From Candidatus Sulfomarinibacteraceae bacterium (lineage in GTDB: Bacteria; Acidobacteriota; Thermoanaerobaculia; Thermoanaerobaculales; Sulfomarinibacteraceae), in assembly GCA_963796455.1 (NCBI GenBank), contig CAWCLO010000001.1, positions 96,001 to 160,000 of the forward strand: a stretch of 64,000 nucleotides of DNA, given 5' to 3'. Positions 38,962 to 50,092 of this stretch are shown piece after piece. The notes beneath the pieces were generated by a model. The model saw nothing but the letters and a program-made list of their open reading frames with translations. It was not told the origin of the DNA and did no database searches. A program made the translations under genes and the position numbers. How positions within the stretch are numbered: position 1 is the first letter of the stretch; each line of letters begins with the position of its first letter.

Positions 38962-41443
38962 ATGATGGTCTCTCAGATTTCTTTCAGGCAGTTTCTGTCG
39001 GCGTCGTCCGTCGCGACATTGGTTCTTCTCGGCGCGCTCTGGGCGCCGGGGGTTGAAGCCGGGACCGAACAGGTCTATCAGCGACCGCCGGAGGTCATCG
39101 CGAAGGTCGTCGAGGCCCCATTCACGCCAACCATCTCGGTGAGCCCCGACCACAAGAACATTCTGATTCTCACCCGACCCGGCCTCGCGGGCATCGACGA
39201 GGTCTCGCAGCCCGAGTTGCGAATCGCCGGTCTGCGAATCAACCCGAGGAACTATGGACCGAGCCGCGCGAGGTATACCGAAAAACTCGCGCTCCGCAGC
39301 CTCGAAGGCGGCGACGAGCGGCCGATCAAGGGTCTGCCCGAGAACCCCAAGATCAGCATGGTCCGATGGTCGCCCAACGGCCGACACATCGCTTTCCTAC
39401 TCACCTTGTCAGAAACAATCGAGCTGTGGACCATCGAGGTGGCCTCGGCCAAAGCCGGACGGCTCTTCGACAAATCCGTCAACCACACCTATTCCGACAC
39501 CCTCGTCTGGGCCCCGGACGGCAGCGCGGTTTTCGCATCGGTGATCCCCGATGATCATGGAGATGCGCCGCAGAAGCCCTCGGTGCCCACGGGCCCCGTC
39601 ATCCAGGAGAATCTGGGTCGGGTCGCGCCGGCACGTACCTATCAGGATCTTCTCAAGAGCCCTCACGACGAGTCCGTTTTCGAGCATTACACCACCTCAC
39701 AAATCGTCCGTGCAGGGCTCGACGGGAGTCTCGAGGCGATCGGCCCAGCCGGCATCATCGGTGGCTTCACCCCGTCCCCAGACGGGCGCTATATCCTCGT
39801 GAGCACGACCCGGAAGCCATTCAGCTACACCGTCCCCTCATGGCGCTTCCCCCTCGATATCGAGGTTTGGAATCCGGACGGTGAGGTTGTAGCAACAATC
39901 GCCACGCTCCCCCTGGCTGACGATGTGCCGGTGCCCTTCGGTTCGGTCCGGACCGGTCCGCGAATCGTCAACTGGCGCAGCGACGCCGATTCCACCCTGT
40001 TCCTCGTGGAAGCGCTCGATGGAGGCGATGCGGGTGCCGACGCCGAGCTCCGAGATCGCCTCTCCCTGCTCGAAGCCCCGTTTTCCGGGTCACCCAGGGT
40101 CCTGGCCGAGATCGATCTCCGTTATCGCGGCACCTATTGGGGATCTGATGATCTCGCCTATGTCAGTGGCGTGTGGTTTCAGAACCGGCAGGCCAAGGTG
40201 TGGCGGGTCCGGCCCTCCGACCCCGGCTCCGCTCCGGTACTCACCATGGACTATTCATACGAAGATCGTTACAGCGACCCCGGAAGACCCCTCCTGACAT
40301 CAACGCCAAGGGGCACCAAGGTGCTCGTGACGGCCGACGACGGAGCGACCGTATTTTTGAGCGGATCCGGCGCGAGCCCGGAGGGTGACCGGCCGTTCCT
40401 CGATGCGATGAATGTGGAGACCGGAGAAACCCGCCGGCTCTTTCATTCGGCGGCGCCCTTCTACGAACGACCGGTGGAGTTTCTGGATCCCGAGAACGGC
40501 CTGATCCTGACCTCGCGAGAATCCAAGGATATCCAGCCCAACTACTGGATCCGCAATCTCGACGCCGACACCAAGAAACAGATCACCGCATTCCCCCATC
40601 CCAACCCGCAGTTTGCCGACGTGCAGAAGGAGATGGTGCGCTATACGAGGTCGGACGGCGTCGAACTCACCGCGACCCTCTATCTCCCCACCGGCTATGA
40701 CAAGGAAAAGGACGGCCCGCTGCCGATGCTCATGTGGGCCTACCCGCAGGAGTTCAAAAGCGCCAGCGCCGCCGGCCAGGTCACCGACTCGCCCTCATCG
40801 ATTCGTCAGGGTGACCTACTGGTCGCCCATGCTGTGGCTCGCCCGCGGTTACGCCGTGCTCGACGACCCGGCCATGCCGATCGTCGGCGAGGGTGATGAG
40901 GAGCCGAACGACACCTTTGTCGAACAACTCGTTTCCAGCGCACAAGCGGCAGTCGACGAGGTGGTCCGGCGCGGTGTCGGCGATCCCGACCGCATGGTCA
41001 TCGGCGGACACTCTTACGGCGCCTTCATGACAGCCAATCTGCTCGCCCACTCCGACATCTATCGGGCCGGCATCGCTCGCAGCGGGGCCTACAACCGGAC
41101 GCTGACACCCTTCGGGTTCCAACGAGAGGAACGCACGGTCTGGCAGGCGCCGGAAATCTACTTCGCCATGTCGCCCTTCATGCACGCCGAAAAGGTCAAT
41201 GAACCGATCCTGCTGATCCACGGTGCGGCGGACAACAACTCCGGCACCTATCCCCTGCAGAGCGAACGTTACTACGCGGCCCTCAAGGGCCTCGGCGCAA
41301 CCGCCAGACTGTGTATGTTGCCGCACGAAAGCCACGGCTACCGGGCGAAAGAAAGCATCATGCACATGTTGTGGGAGATGTCGGAGTGGATGGATACCTA
41401 TGCCAAGAATGCCGGGCCGAGGGAGGCGACGGAGGAAGACTGA
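38962..41443 (+). CDS. S9 family (prolyl oligopeptidase clan, glutamyl-peptidase-like) peptidase, frameshift ~40795
   Basis: Signal peptide and beta-propeller; removing one T at ~40795 gives DSPHRFVRVTYW; catalytic GGHSYG, D in GAADNNSG, H in PHESHGY. Confidence 0.88.
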
Positions 41444-41487
41444 TTCGACGAATCGAATAACGCATACAGAAAGCCTTTCGGACCAGT

Positions 41488-41590
41488 CGCTCTCGATATC
41501 GTTGTCGAAAACCTCGGCACCCGAGTCGCGGTCAAAAACGAAATCGATAGCGATACTGCGATAGATGCCGATACCGATACCGATAGCGAT
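41488..41590. repeat. GATAGC/GATACC hexamer array (ATCGCT family)
   Basis: atcgatagcgatactgcgatagatgccgataccgataccgatagcgat in a convergent intergenic gap. Confidence 0.7.
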
Positions 41591-41674
41591 TTTCTATCAG
41601 GGATCTCCTCGACTAACGCATATCGAGGCGCCGAAACAATCGCAGCGAATACCAGAACATCATCGCCAAGGATC

Positions 41675-43855
41675 TTACAAGAAGAAGCGGTAGCTCACCT
41701 TGACGGCCAGTTCGCGGTGGCGCTCGACCGGCAGACCGATCTCGTCGATCTCGCTCTCGTTGTACACCACAAAAAGATCGGAATCGTTGTGCAGGATCCA
41801 ACGAAGACGCAGATTGAGCAAGGTCGTTTCGGTGGATGAATTGTGCTGCAGATATGCCGACGTCGAAAGGACGGGAGAAAACGTGTAGTCGAGCCGGAGC
41901 GACCATAGCTGCCAGTCGACAGCTCCGTGGTCACTCGTGATGTCGTAAATCGAGTACGAACCGCCTGTCCTCAGATGCTTGCTGAAAACAAACCAGAGCT
42001 CACCGGAAAACTGCTTCCGATCACCGTCGTAAAACCCACCACCGCTGATCGAGGCATCGCCACCCCAGCGTCGGGACCGATCCGAATGATAGTCGATCGA
42101 TCCGTTGACAAAGGTGTAGTCGCCCGGCCCAAAGATGAGATCTTCATCCAGTTCGAAATCTTCAAAAAGGCGCTCGAAATTCCGCCCGATCCGAAAGTCG
42201 AACTTGTCGCCGGAGCTCATCTCCGACTCGATATTGAAGTTGAAACTGCTGCTTTCAGTCGTGTCGTAGACCAGGGATTGATGGCCGCTGGCCGAGCCAC
42301 GGAATGAGAGCCGGCGGATACCCAGCTTGCCGGGCCGGATGGTCCGCCGCAAGGACCCGTGGCCGTTTCGATAGCCGGTTCGGCGGACGAAACCAACGGC
42401 CGGATTCATTCCATCATCTATCTGACGATAGGCGAATCTGAAGCCCCACGGGTCGGTCGTGAGATCGAGGGCCAGGTAACCGGCCGAAGTCGAACCCTCC
42501 TCGTCGTCATCCACCCTGAGGTAGTCGGCAAGGAATGAAAGTGCCTGGGTGATATACCAGGCGCCATCTATACCAATGGTCGTCGACCGATGGCCGCTTT
42601 CGCTTTTGTCAGTGATGATTCCGCCGACATACGAACGGCCGCCCAGATCCTGGCGCAACCTCGCGACGTTGTACCAGGCCGATTCGAGACCGAACTCCTC
42701 CACACCGCCGGTCCGCATCGAGAGCACTCCGATATCGCTTTTGCCCACCTTGCCGGTGAGACGCAGACCGCCGTCGATAGGAACAGTTTCGCCATCGTAG
42801 ATGCCGATACGACGGCTGAAAAAGGGCGTGATTTCGGGCGGCCGGCCCGGAAAACCCTGACCGTGCCCAAAGGAGAAAAGATCGGCGTTTTCGAGAAAGA
42901 ACTCGCGCTTTTCCGGATAAAAGAGCGAGAACCTCGTCAAATTGACCTGCACGTCGTCGGACTCGACCTGCGAGAAATCGGTGTTGTAGGTCGCGTTGAG
43001 GACAAGATTGGAGGTCACCGAGAACTTGACGTCAAGACCGGCCTCGAGATAGGAATCCTCGAGATCATCGCCACCCTCGGGATCGGTCTCTCGCACCAAT
43101 CCGGCCAGACCATATGGGATCAACTGGAGGTTTCGTTGTCGTTTGTCAAACGAAAGCCCGCTGAGCTCGCCGGCGAAGTTCAGGCTGCTGATTTCGAATG
43201 GCGGCGGTGGCGCCGACAGATAACTTTCTTCCTGCAGCCTCTTGACAACCCTCTTGACGTTGACGCCCCACGTCTGTTCGCCATGGGCGCGGTAACGCAG
43301 CATTCGCAGCGGAATCCGGAACTCGGCCTGCCACCCGGTCTCGGTGATCTTGGCCTTGACATTCCAGACCTCGTTCCAGTTCCAGGTGTAGCGCCAGGCG
43401 CCATTGACCAGGCCTTCGTCTTTGGCGCCCAGGGGGTTGACCACGAAAATGGTGCCGCGGATCTCGTCCCGGTAGGTGTCGAAAATCAACTGGATATTGT
43501 CGTCGGTCTCCGGCCGGTCACGGTGCCGGAGTTTCTGGGCCCGGATCTGATCGGGGTGATCGTCATCGCAGATCACGGCCACATAAATGGCCCTTTCGCC
43601 GAGCAGGAAGGCGATCCTCGTCGGCTGGGTCGCGGCCTCACCAAAGTGGGGTTCAGTCTGGCGAAAATCATCGAACCACGAAGCCTCACTCCAGATAGGG
43701 TCGCTCAGGTCACCGTCGATTTCCGGCGCCTTCGAGGATTCGATGCGCAACGCCTCGGTCGATGGGTTCTGCGCAGAAACCAGGCCCAACGGGGCCATCG
43801 CCACCCACACCGCCACTGCAATCAGGACCGTTTTTATTTTTCTGGAATATGTCAC
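41675..43855 (-). CDS. DUF5916 / carbohydrate-binding family 9-like outer-membrane-associated protein
   Basis: APEIDGDLSD, GWQAEFRIP, NTDFSQVESD..QVNLTRFSLFYPEKREFFLE, FFSRRIG, C-terminal KVSYRFFL. Confidence 0.85.
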   Translation of the reverse strand: MTYSRKIKTVLIAVAVWVAMAPLGLVSAQNPSTEALRIESSKAPEIDGDLSDPIWSEASWFDDFRQTEPHFGEAATQPTRIAFLLGERAIYVAVICDDDHPDQIRAQKLRHRDRPETDDNIQLIFDTYRDEIRGTIFVVNPLGAKDEGLVNGAWRYTWNWNEVWNVKAKITETGWQAEFRIPLRMLRYRAHGEQTWGVNVKRVVKRLQEESYLSAPPPPFEISSLNFAGELSGLSFDKRQRNLQLIPYGLAGLVRETDPEGGDDLEDSYLEAGLDVKFSVTSNLVLNATYNTDFSQVESDDVQVNLTRFSLFYPEKREFFLENADLFSFGHGQGFPGRPPEITPFFSRRIGIYDGETVPIDGGLRLTGKVGKSDIGVLSMRTGGVEEFGLESAWYNVARLRQDLGGRSYVGGIITDKSESGHRSTTIGIDGAWYITQALSFLADYLRVDDDEEGSTSAGYLALDLTTDPWGFRFAYRQIDDGMNPAVGFVRRTGYRNGHGSLRRTIRPGKLGIRRLSFRGSASGHQSLVYDTTESSSFNFNIESEMSSGDKFDFRIGRNFERLFEDFELDEDLIFGPGDYTFVNGSIDYHSDRSRRWGGDASISGGGFYDGDRKQFSGELWFVFSKHLRTGGSYSIYDITSDHGAVDWQLWSLRLDYTFSPVLSTSAYLQHNSSTETTLLNLRLRWILHNDSDLFVVYNESEIDEIGLPVERHRELAVKVSYRFFL

Positions 43856-44121
43856 TCGAAGTTCCCGAGATGCCCTTCACTCGCTTGTCACAATTCTGCC
43901 ACATAACCAGGGCGTGAATTGTCAAGAATTATCAAGCGATGGTCAACCTCGACTTCGTCAACAACGAGGAAGTCCGGGTCTACGGATTTGCCGTGACCTA
44001 CGGGTTCTGACTCTTGCTCCACTGTTGAGAATCAAGTGGCAGAAACCGCGTGGTATCGCCTCGGCACCAGTGGCTTTTTCAATGCCCGTGATAGCCTCGA
44101 GCAACCAATCGGGAGGGCAAT

Positions 44122-44670
44122 ATGGCGACGGCAATCGTGATTCTCGCTGACGGCTTCGAAGAAATCGAGGCGGTCACCCAGATCGATGTCTTGCGTCGCG
44201 CCGGCGTCGAGGTGACGGTGGCAGGGCTCAACGGAGGGGTCGTCACCGGTGCCCACGGTCTAGGAATCGTTACCGATTCGGCCCTCGTTGACCTCAACAC
44301 CACAGCGGATCTCGTCGTGTTGCCGGGCGGCATGCCGGGCTCAGAGAATCTCGGCCGATCGGAGGCGGTCGTCTCCCTGCTCGAGGAACAATTTGCCGCC
44401 GGAAGAAAAATCGGCGCCATCTGCGCGGCGCCCGCCTATGCACCCGTTGCGGCGGGAGTCCTTGTCGGCAAACGAGCGACCTGCTACCCCTCCTTCGAAA
44501 AACGATTCGGCCCATCGACCACCGCAGTGGAAGACCGGGTCGTTGTTGACGGCAATGTCATCACCAGCCGCGGACCCGGCACCGCCCTCGAATTTGCCCT
44601 GGTCCTGGTGGAAGAGCTCGTCGGGACTGCGAAGGCCGACGAGTTGCGTTCAGCGATGCTCGTCACCTGA
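44122..44670 (+). CDS. DJ-1/PfpI family protein (YajL/ThiJ-like)
   Basis: GFEEIEA, LPGGMPG, GAICAAP, ATCYP, ITSRGPGTA. Confidence 0.92.
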   Translation: MATAIVILADGFEEIEAVTQIDVLRRAGVEVTVAGLNGGVVTGAHGLGIVTDSALVDLNTTADLVVLPGGMPGSENLGRSEAVVSLLEEQFAAGRKIGAICAAPAYAPVAAGVLVGKRATCYPSFEKRFGPSTTAVEDRVVVDGNVITSRGPGTALEFALVLVEELVGTAKADELRSAMLVT

Positions 44671-44758
44671 CGGCACAGGCTCTGAAAACGGTCTTTCCCC
44701 CGGAAACGTCGCCGGGAACAGGTAACATCTTTGGAAAAGGATGCTGGAGGTTGCCGTG

Positions 44759-46537
44759 ATGTGTCGAGTTCGATTGATCTCAATGGTCGTTTTTGTCGCG
44801 CTCGCCGTGCTCGCCGCGCCAACCGTGTCCGCCCAGGCTCTTCCGTGCGCGGACGCCTATAGCGCCATTGCGTGGGAGCTTATTTCGTCCATTCGATCCG
44901 CCGGAGGGCCCGAAGTCCCAACTCGGATCATGGAACTTTTCGTTCGACTCTCCATCAACTCCGTCAACCGTGGCAACGGTTCAGCTGCCCTCTCCCAACT
45001 GCAATCGGTCGAACGCTTCATCGACCGCTCCATCGATGATCCCGTGACCCGGGAATCACTGATGACACTGCTGGACCAAACGCGCGCCGTCCTTGCCAAT
45101 TGCACGGCGACGCCGCCTTTGAGCACGCTCAATTGCCGATCAGGAGACGGCGAGAACGAGCTCCTGTGGGTCAATCCCGCGGGCAGCCATCTTTCGACCA
45201 CGATCCTCGTGCGCACCGACCGCTACCCCGTGGGTCCATCGGATCCGATCGCCGACGAGGTCGGGACCTACGCTGGTGGGCCCGGCGAGATCGGCCGGGC
45301 AACGCACGACACGCTCGCCAACGGGATGCGCTATTTTTACGCCGCCTACGCGACCGATTCCAGCGGCGAGCCCTCGCCGGCCAGATTCACCTTCGGCCGG
45401 CCTCAGAGTCGCGACGGCGCGTTTCGTTGGTCCTTCACAACCGGCGGGGCCGGCCGGCCGACCATCGGAGGCCTCGAGGATCAATTCATGACCACGTCCA
45501 GCACGGGCTATGTTTTCGCCCTCGAACCCGGCCCGGATGGCGGCACCTGGCCCGCGAGCTACCTCCCGCCAAAGATCCCGTCTCCTTCAGATGGGCGACC
45601 AATCACGATACCCGCAAACATCACCCCCGACGGTGCGCCCTGGGTGCTCGTCACGAGCCGCAACGGGAGGGTCTCGGCGATCAATGCCTCGACCGGCGAA
45701 ACCGTGTGGGTGAGCCCGATCCTCGGCAACGGGATCGATGCTTCGGTGTGCGCCATGTTCACCGCGTACGGCGGGGTTGACGACGTGGTCATGGTGGGTG
45801 TCAACAACCTCTTCGGCGGCAGCCGTCTCGTGGGACTGGATTTCGCAACCGGTTCGTTGTCGTGGTCCTTCGACAACGGAGGCGGCAGGGATGCCGTTGG
45901 TGCGATTCGAAATACCTGCACCGTCGACTATGCCCAGCAACGCGTCTATTTCACCACCGAGACGGCGCGGTGGGGCAGTCGGGATACCATCTGGGCCCTG
46001 ACGCTGGAGGACGGTATGGCCTCCAAACTGTGGTCGGAGAACCACCCGAGGATCAACACTGCGGCGGTATTGGTCGGCGAGGCGCTCTACGTCGGAACCG
46101 ACCTCGGCGACGTTCTCTCTATCGATGTCGCGGACGGGCGTTCGCGTTGGACCTCGCCCTATTCGACCGGTGACGGTCCTGTCGAGAGTTTCGTCTTCCC
46201 GCAGCGGGGCACGGGTCTGTTGGCTTTCAGCACGGACAATCGGGTCCACCTCGTGCTCGACACCGGCACCGAGGCCTCGGCCGTCTGGCGCCCGGGCATC
46301 TTGCTGCCTGAACCGAATGTGCCCCTCATCCGTGAAGACAGGGTTCTTGTTGCAGACGCCGACGGCGCGGTCTACAGCATCGACACGACGGCGGCCCAAC
46401 CGACCGCGACCCCATTTGCGGAGTTTGGCGACCCGGCGCGGCGCGCGGCGCCGGGACAACCCTATTTCGATTGGAGAACCGGGCTTTACGGCGTCGGCAC
46501 CGCGGAGGGGGTGCTCTACGTCGTGCAGACTCCGTGA
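44759..46537 (+). CDS. Exported protein: helical N-domain, FN3-like domain and PQQ-type beta-propeller
   Basis: Signal peptide; SGDGENELLWVNP...LANGMRYFYAAYA (FN3-like); repeats AINASTGETVW, LDFATGSLSWSF, IDVADGRSRW. Confidence 0.7.
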   Translation: MCRVRLISMVVFVALAVLAAPTVSAQALPCADAYSAIAWELISSIRSAGGPEVPTRIMELFVRLSINSVNRGNGSAALSQLQSVERFIDRSIDDPVTRESLMTLLDQTRAVLANCTATPPLSTLNCRSGDGENELLWVNPAGSHLSTTILVRTDRYPVGPSDPIADEVGTYAGGPGEIGRATHDTLANGMRYFYAAYATDSSGEPSPARFTFGRPQSRDGAFRWSFTTGGAGRPTIGGLEDQFMTTSSTGYVFALEPGPDGGTWPASYLPPKIPSPSDGRPITIPANITPDGAPWVLVTSRNGRVSAINASTGETVWVSPILGNGIDASVCAMFTAYGGVDDVVMVGVNNLFGGSRLVGLDFATGSLSWSFDNGGGRDAVGAIRNTCTVDYAQQRVYFTTETARWGSRDTIWALTLEDGMASKLWSENHPRINTAAVLVGEALYVGTDLGDVLSIDVADGRSRWTSPYSTGDGPVESFVFPQRGTGLLAFSTDNRVHLVLDTGTEASAVWRPGILLPEPNVPLIREDRVLVADADGAVYSIDTTAAQPTATPFAEFGDPARRAAPGQPYFDWRTGLYGVGTAEGVLYVVQTP

Positions 46538-46556
46538 TCAACGGAGGTTGCCGGCA

Positions 46557-48220
46557 TCAAGAGGCGGTATGAGGAAAACACGCGCCGTTCTCGGCAAAGG
46601 TCTCACACCACCCTGATCCCCTGCTCAACCAGGTCGGTTTGATCTCGCCTTCGCGCCGCCCCTCGCGAACCCGGCGTCGCACGAAACGCCCCCACCCGTC
46701 ACCTTTGACGGCGTGGATCTGCAATGGCGACAGCTGATCGAGCGCCCGGCAGTAGGCATAGTGGGGGTTCTCCATCAGTCCCCTTTCGACCAGCCGCGCC
46801 ACGCGTTCCATATCGCCGGCTCCGGCCTCCGATTCCAGGTGAAGAACATAGGCGGGCGGATGTCCCTCTTCGAGCGCCACCAGGCCAAAACGAAAGCTAA
46901 GGCCTTCACGTGCTATGGCACCTTCGACCACCATCCGGACGTGAGGTTCGGAGAGCTTTTCTCCGAACCGATCCGCTACCAGATCCTTCTTGCCGATGAA
47001 TCGCACCCGGGGGCACCGGTCGTGAAAACCAACGACCTCCACCAGGTCCCCGGTGAGATAGCGATAAAGACCGCCACCGGTGGTCAGAACAACCTCATAG
47101 CGTCCACCCCGGTCGAGCCGGTGGGCCGGTACGCCGGCCGCCTCGCCTTCGGCAACGAACTCGAGGTAGTGCGAGGTCAGCGTCAGAGCACTGCCCTCTT
47201 CGTCCTCCGCTTCAAATGGTATCGAGCTGATCCCCTCGGTGGCCACGAGCCCCTTCGGTTGCAGCTCGGCGTGCGGAAAAAGGCCCGCCAGACGATTGGC
47301 ATACGTCTCGCTCGGACCGTCTGCCCAGGCGCTGATGACCGCGAGCCGCGGCCACAGCCGGCGGTGGATCGAAGCCGGGTCCGATTCCTTCAAGGCAGCG
47401 AGAATTGCTCTCGATCTGCCGACCATGGGTCGAGTTCGGTGATCTTCAGCAGGTTCGCACAGGCGCGGAGGATTCGGCACGCCTACCGCCACATCGGCCG
47501 CCAATCGTTCCCCCCACTCCGCCAACCTCTCCACAAGCAGTTCGAGGAACGTCGGGCTCCACACCGAGATCAGTGCCAGGTCCCGTGACCGGAGCAGATA
47601 AAAGAGTGTGACGTAGCGGCAGGTTTCCATATTCTCGAGATGCCGCACCGAACCCGGCACGGCCATGATCGATTCCACCAACGACGCCGCCGCGCCCCCC
47701 AGATAGGAGCTATCCGTCTCGAAGCCGAAGGGCACCGAAGTCGGCTGCCCGCCAGGGGCAGCAACGGGCTCACTGACCAGTACGCGGGGCCCGCCGCAGC
47801 CCGCGGGTGGCATCGAAAGAGTTGCGCCACCCACGCACCGATGGCGCGGGAGAACTCCCGCTGCAACGAACTGGTGTACGGAATCCACTTACTCGGAGAT
47901 GCCGAGCCCGACGAAGGCTGGATCAAGCGCACAGGCTCCGTCGTCAGGAGTCCGGTCACGCCGTCGCCGATTCTCCGCATCGTTTCGGCATAGTCCTCGT
48001 ATCTCGACAGCGGCACCCGTGCGCTGTATGCCTCGGGCGAAGGAGTTGCGGCGAAAGAGTGCGTACGTCCGAATTCGGAATCACGATTGCGACGAAGGAT
48101 CCGGTGGAGCACTTTCGACTGCGCGGCGGCCGGGTCTGACGCGGCTCGACACCACGCCGCTCGGTGGCGTTCGGCCGCGAGCCACCAGGCTCTGTTGACG
48201 GCACCGGTCAGCAAGCCCAA
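46557..48220 (-). CDS. GH3 (auxin-responsive promoter family) adenylating ligase, frameshift ~47765
   Basis: PSSGSASPSKWIP P-loop-like motif, KGLVATEG, YEVVLTTGGGLYRYLTGDLV, FGEKL, NPHYAYCR; TTG start overlaps the upstream stop; one missing base near 47765 joins the two ORFs. Confidence 0.82.
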
Positions 48221-48945
48221 CGCCCCCCCACAAACTCGATCTCCGGCGCCACCGACCGCAGGATTCTGCGGCCGCGCGCGTTGAGATTTTCGGGGCTCAA
48301 CTCGGCCAGGCACACCAACTCGTCACCGGCAAGCCAACCCGGGTTGCTACGCAGGAAGAATCCGACGTTCGGGTCCGTTCGCCGAGCCTCGGCCACCGCC
48401 GTTTCGGGTTGGCGGAGGATCTGCGGTTCATCAAAGACCACGAGACCGGATGACGGGTCGAAGTACCGTCCCCACCGCTCATGGGCCAGTAGCCGTATCA
48501 ACTCCTGCACACTCGGCGGGGTGTCGAGATCGAAGCGCGGATAGAACTCCCGAAGAAAAACCGGGAGGAATCGATACGTCCGGAAACTGGAACAGATCAG
48601 CAGCCACAGGAGGGGGACCTCAGCACAACCACCGAGGGTCATGATGGCGCCGAGGACCGTACGGGCGAGCATATTGCTGCGGCGGGCTGACGGGTCGACT
48701 ACCGTATCCCCGGAGACCAGGACCTGAAGCGGCCGTCCCGCCGCGGACGTCTGATACCTGGCAAAGGTCGAGAAACCCCTCAACCCACCCTCGGAATCCG
48801 TCACCGTCACGGCCCAGTCCTTGTGCTCGAGATCGGCGAAGAAGCGTTCCTTGGAAACCCCTCGGAAAAACTCCGAAAAGAGATCGAACATGGCGTCTCT
48901 GCCCCGGTCGCCGATCTCGGTGGTGGCCACCAGCCGACCCTTCAC
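48208..48945 (-). CDS. Hypothetical protein, GNAT-like fold
   Basis: GTGA overlap with the upstream gene; LRGFST, VSGDTVVDPSAR, WLLICSSFRTYRFL, GDELVCL. Confidence 0.65.
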   Translation of the reverse strand: MKGRLVATTEIGDRGRDAMFDLFSEFFRGVSKERFFADLEHKDWAVTVTDSEGGLRGFSTFARYQTSAAGRPLQVLVSGDTVVDPSARRSNMLARTVLGAIMTLGGCAEVPLLWLLICSSFRTYRFLPVFLREFYPRFDLDTPPSVQELIRLLAHERWGRYFDPSSGLVVFDEPQILRQPETAVAEARRTDPNVGFFLRSNPGWLAGDELVCLAELSPENLNARGRRILRSVAPEIEFVGGRWAC

Positions 48946-50060
48946 AGCAGCGCGACCTCGGGCCGGCACAGCCGCCCATCGAGGCGGTCCACCGCCTCGA
49001 TGCTCGCGTCGTCAGACCAGTGGACCGCATACAAGGTGCTTGGATAAATCCGATGGCGGAAAGCCGCTTTGATTGCTGCCGCCAGTGGGCTTCGAACCGA
49101 CAGACCCACCGCGAGGCTGGTGAGGCCCCTGGATCGAGCTTCGCGCCGGGCCGCTCGAACGAGCGGCAAAACATGCTCCGGTCGATCATCTTCGGCCGCA
49201 ATATGCGACAGATAGGCCATGGCGATCGTCTCGCCGACTCGAGGCAACCGAGGGATCCCGAAGACCGGAGCCAACAGATTGATCAGGTGCCGCAGGCGGC
49301 CGACAGTGGGGCCATAACCCCGGACCACCGCCTGTTTGACGGCCCGTTGGTCCCACAGAGCCAAAGCGGCAACGATCCGTCCGCGAGCGCTTCGGACAAA
49401 AAAATCGCCCGCCTCGAGTCCGGGTGTTCTCGAGTCGCTGAGAATATCCTGCACTGCCCACTGTTCGGCGAACTGATGCTCCATAGCGCGCGAGTCGATC
49501 AATTCGATGATTTCCGGGAGGGCATCCATCGATCCCCGATCCACACCTTGGGAATCGTGCGGCGCGGTCCTTCCGGCAGGAAGCACGATGGTCTCCATCT
49601 CTTCGATCGGCCGGTACGAGGGAAGGCCGGCGCGGCCGCCGGCCAACAGCTTGTTGGCCTCACGATTGTCGGAGATGATCGAGGTGAGGCAGAATGGAAG
49701 CTCGTCGTCCTCGAGCAGCCCCCGGCACATCTCGAATCCGTCGCGCAGAAGGCGGAGCGCCCGCCGATAACGCCGATCGACCCGGAGACATCCAAGGTAC
49801 GGCTGCCACACCGCTTCACCGTTGACGTAGCATCGCCGCGAAGCGAGGCTGCCCATGCCCGCAAGCTCAGGCAAGCCCTGCCATCGTCCGACAATCGTCC
49901 GGTGGCGCTCGCCATCGAGGGCGCCGGCAAAAAAACTCGGTTCGCGCTCGAGCGACACCGAGACCTCTCCCTGCATGGGATTGTCGCGCAACAACCTGCG
50001 CAGCTCGGCATCGTCTTCGGGCCGGGCGAGCTCAAGACGCACATCACTGGCGGTTCGCAC
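48942..50060 (-). CDS. GNAT-like (probably tandem GNAT) protein
   Basis: RLELARPEDDAELRRL, EREPSFF, YLGCLRVDRRYR (motif-A-like), ALWDQRAVKQ; start approximate (GTG 50060). Confidence 0.7.
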   Translation of the reverse strand: MRTASDVRLELARPEDDAELRRLLRDNPMQGEVSVSLEREPSFFAGALDGERHRTIVGRWQGLPELAGMGSLASRRCYVNGEAVWQPYLGCLRVDRRYRRALRLLRDGFEMCRGLLEDDELPFCLTSIISDNREANKLLAGGRAGLPSYRPIEEMETIVLPAGRTAPHDSQGVDRGSMDALPEIIELIDSRAMEHQFAEQWAVQDILSDSRTPGLEAGDFFVRSARGRIVAALALWDQRAVKQAVVRGYGPTVGRLRHLINLLAPVFGIPRLPRVGETIAMAYLSHIAAEDDRPEHVLPLVRAARREARSRGLTSLAVGLSVRSPLAAAIKAAFRHRIYPSTLYAVHWSDDASIEAVDRLDGRLCRPEVALL

Positions 50061-50092
50061 GTGCGTCGTACGCGCGTCAGCCCGGAAGTCCG

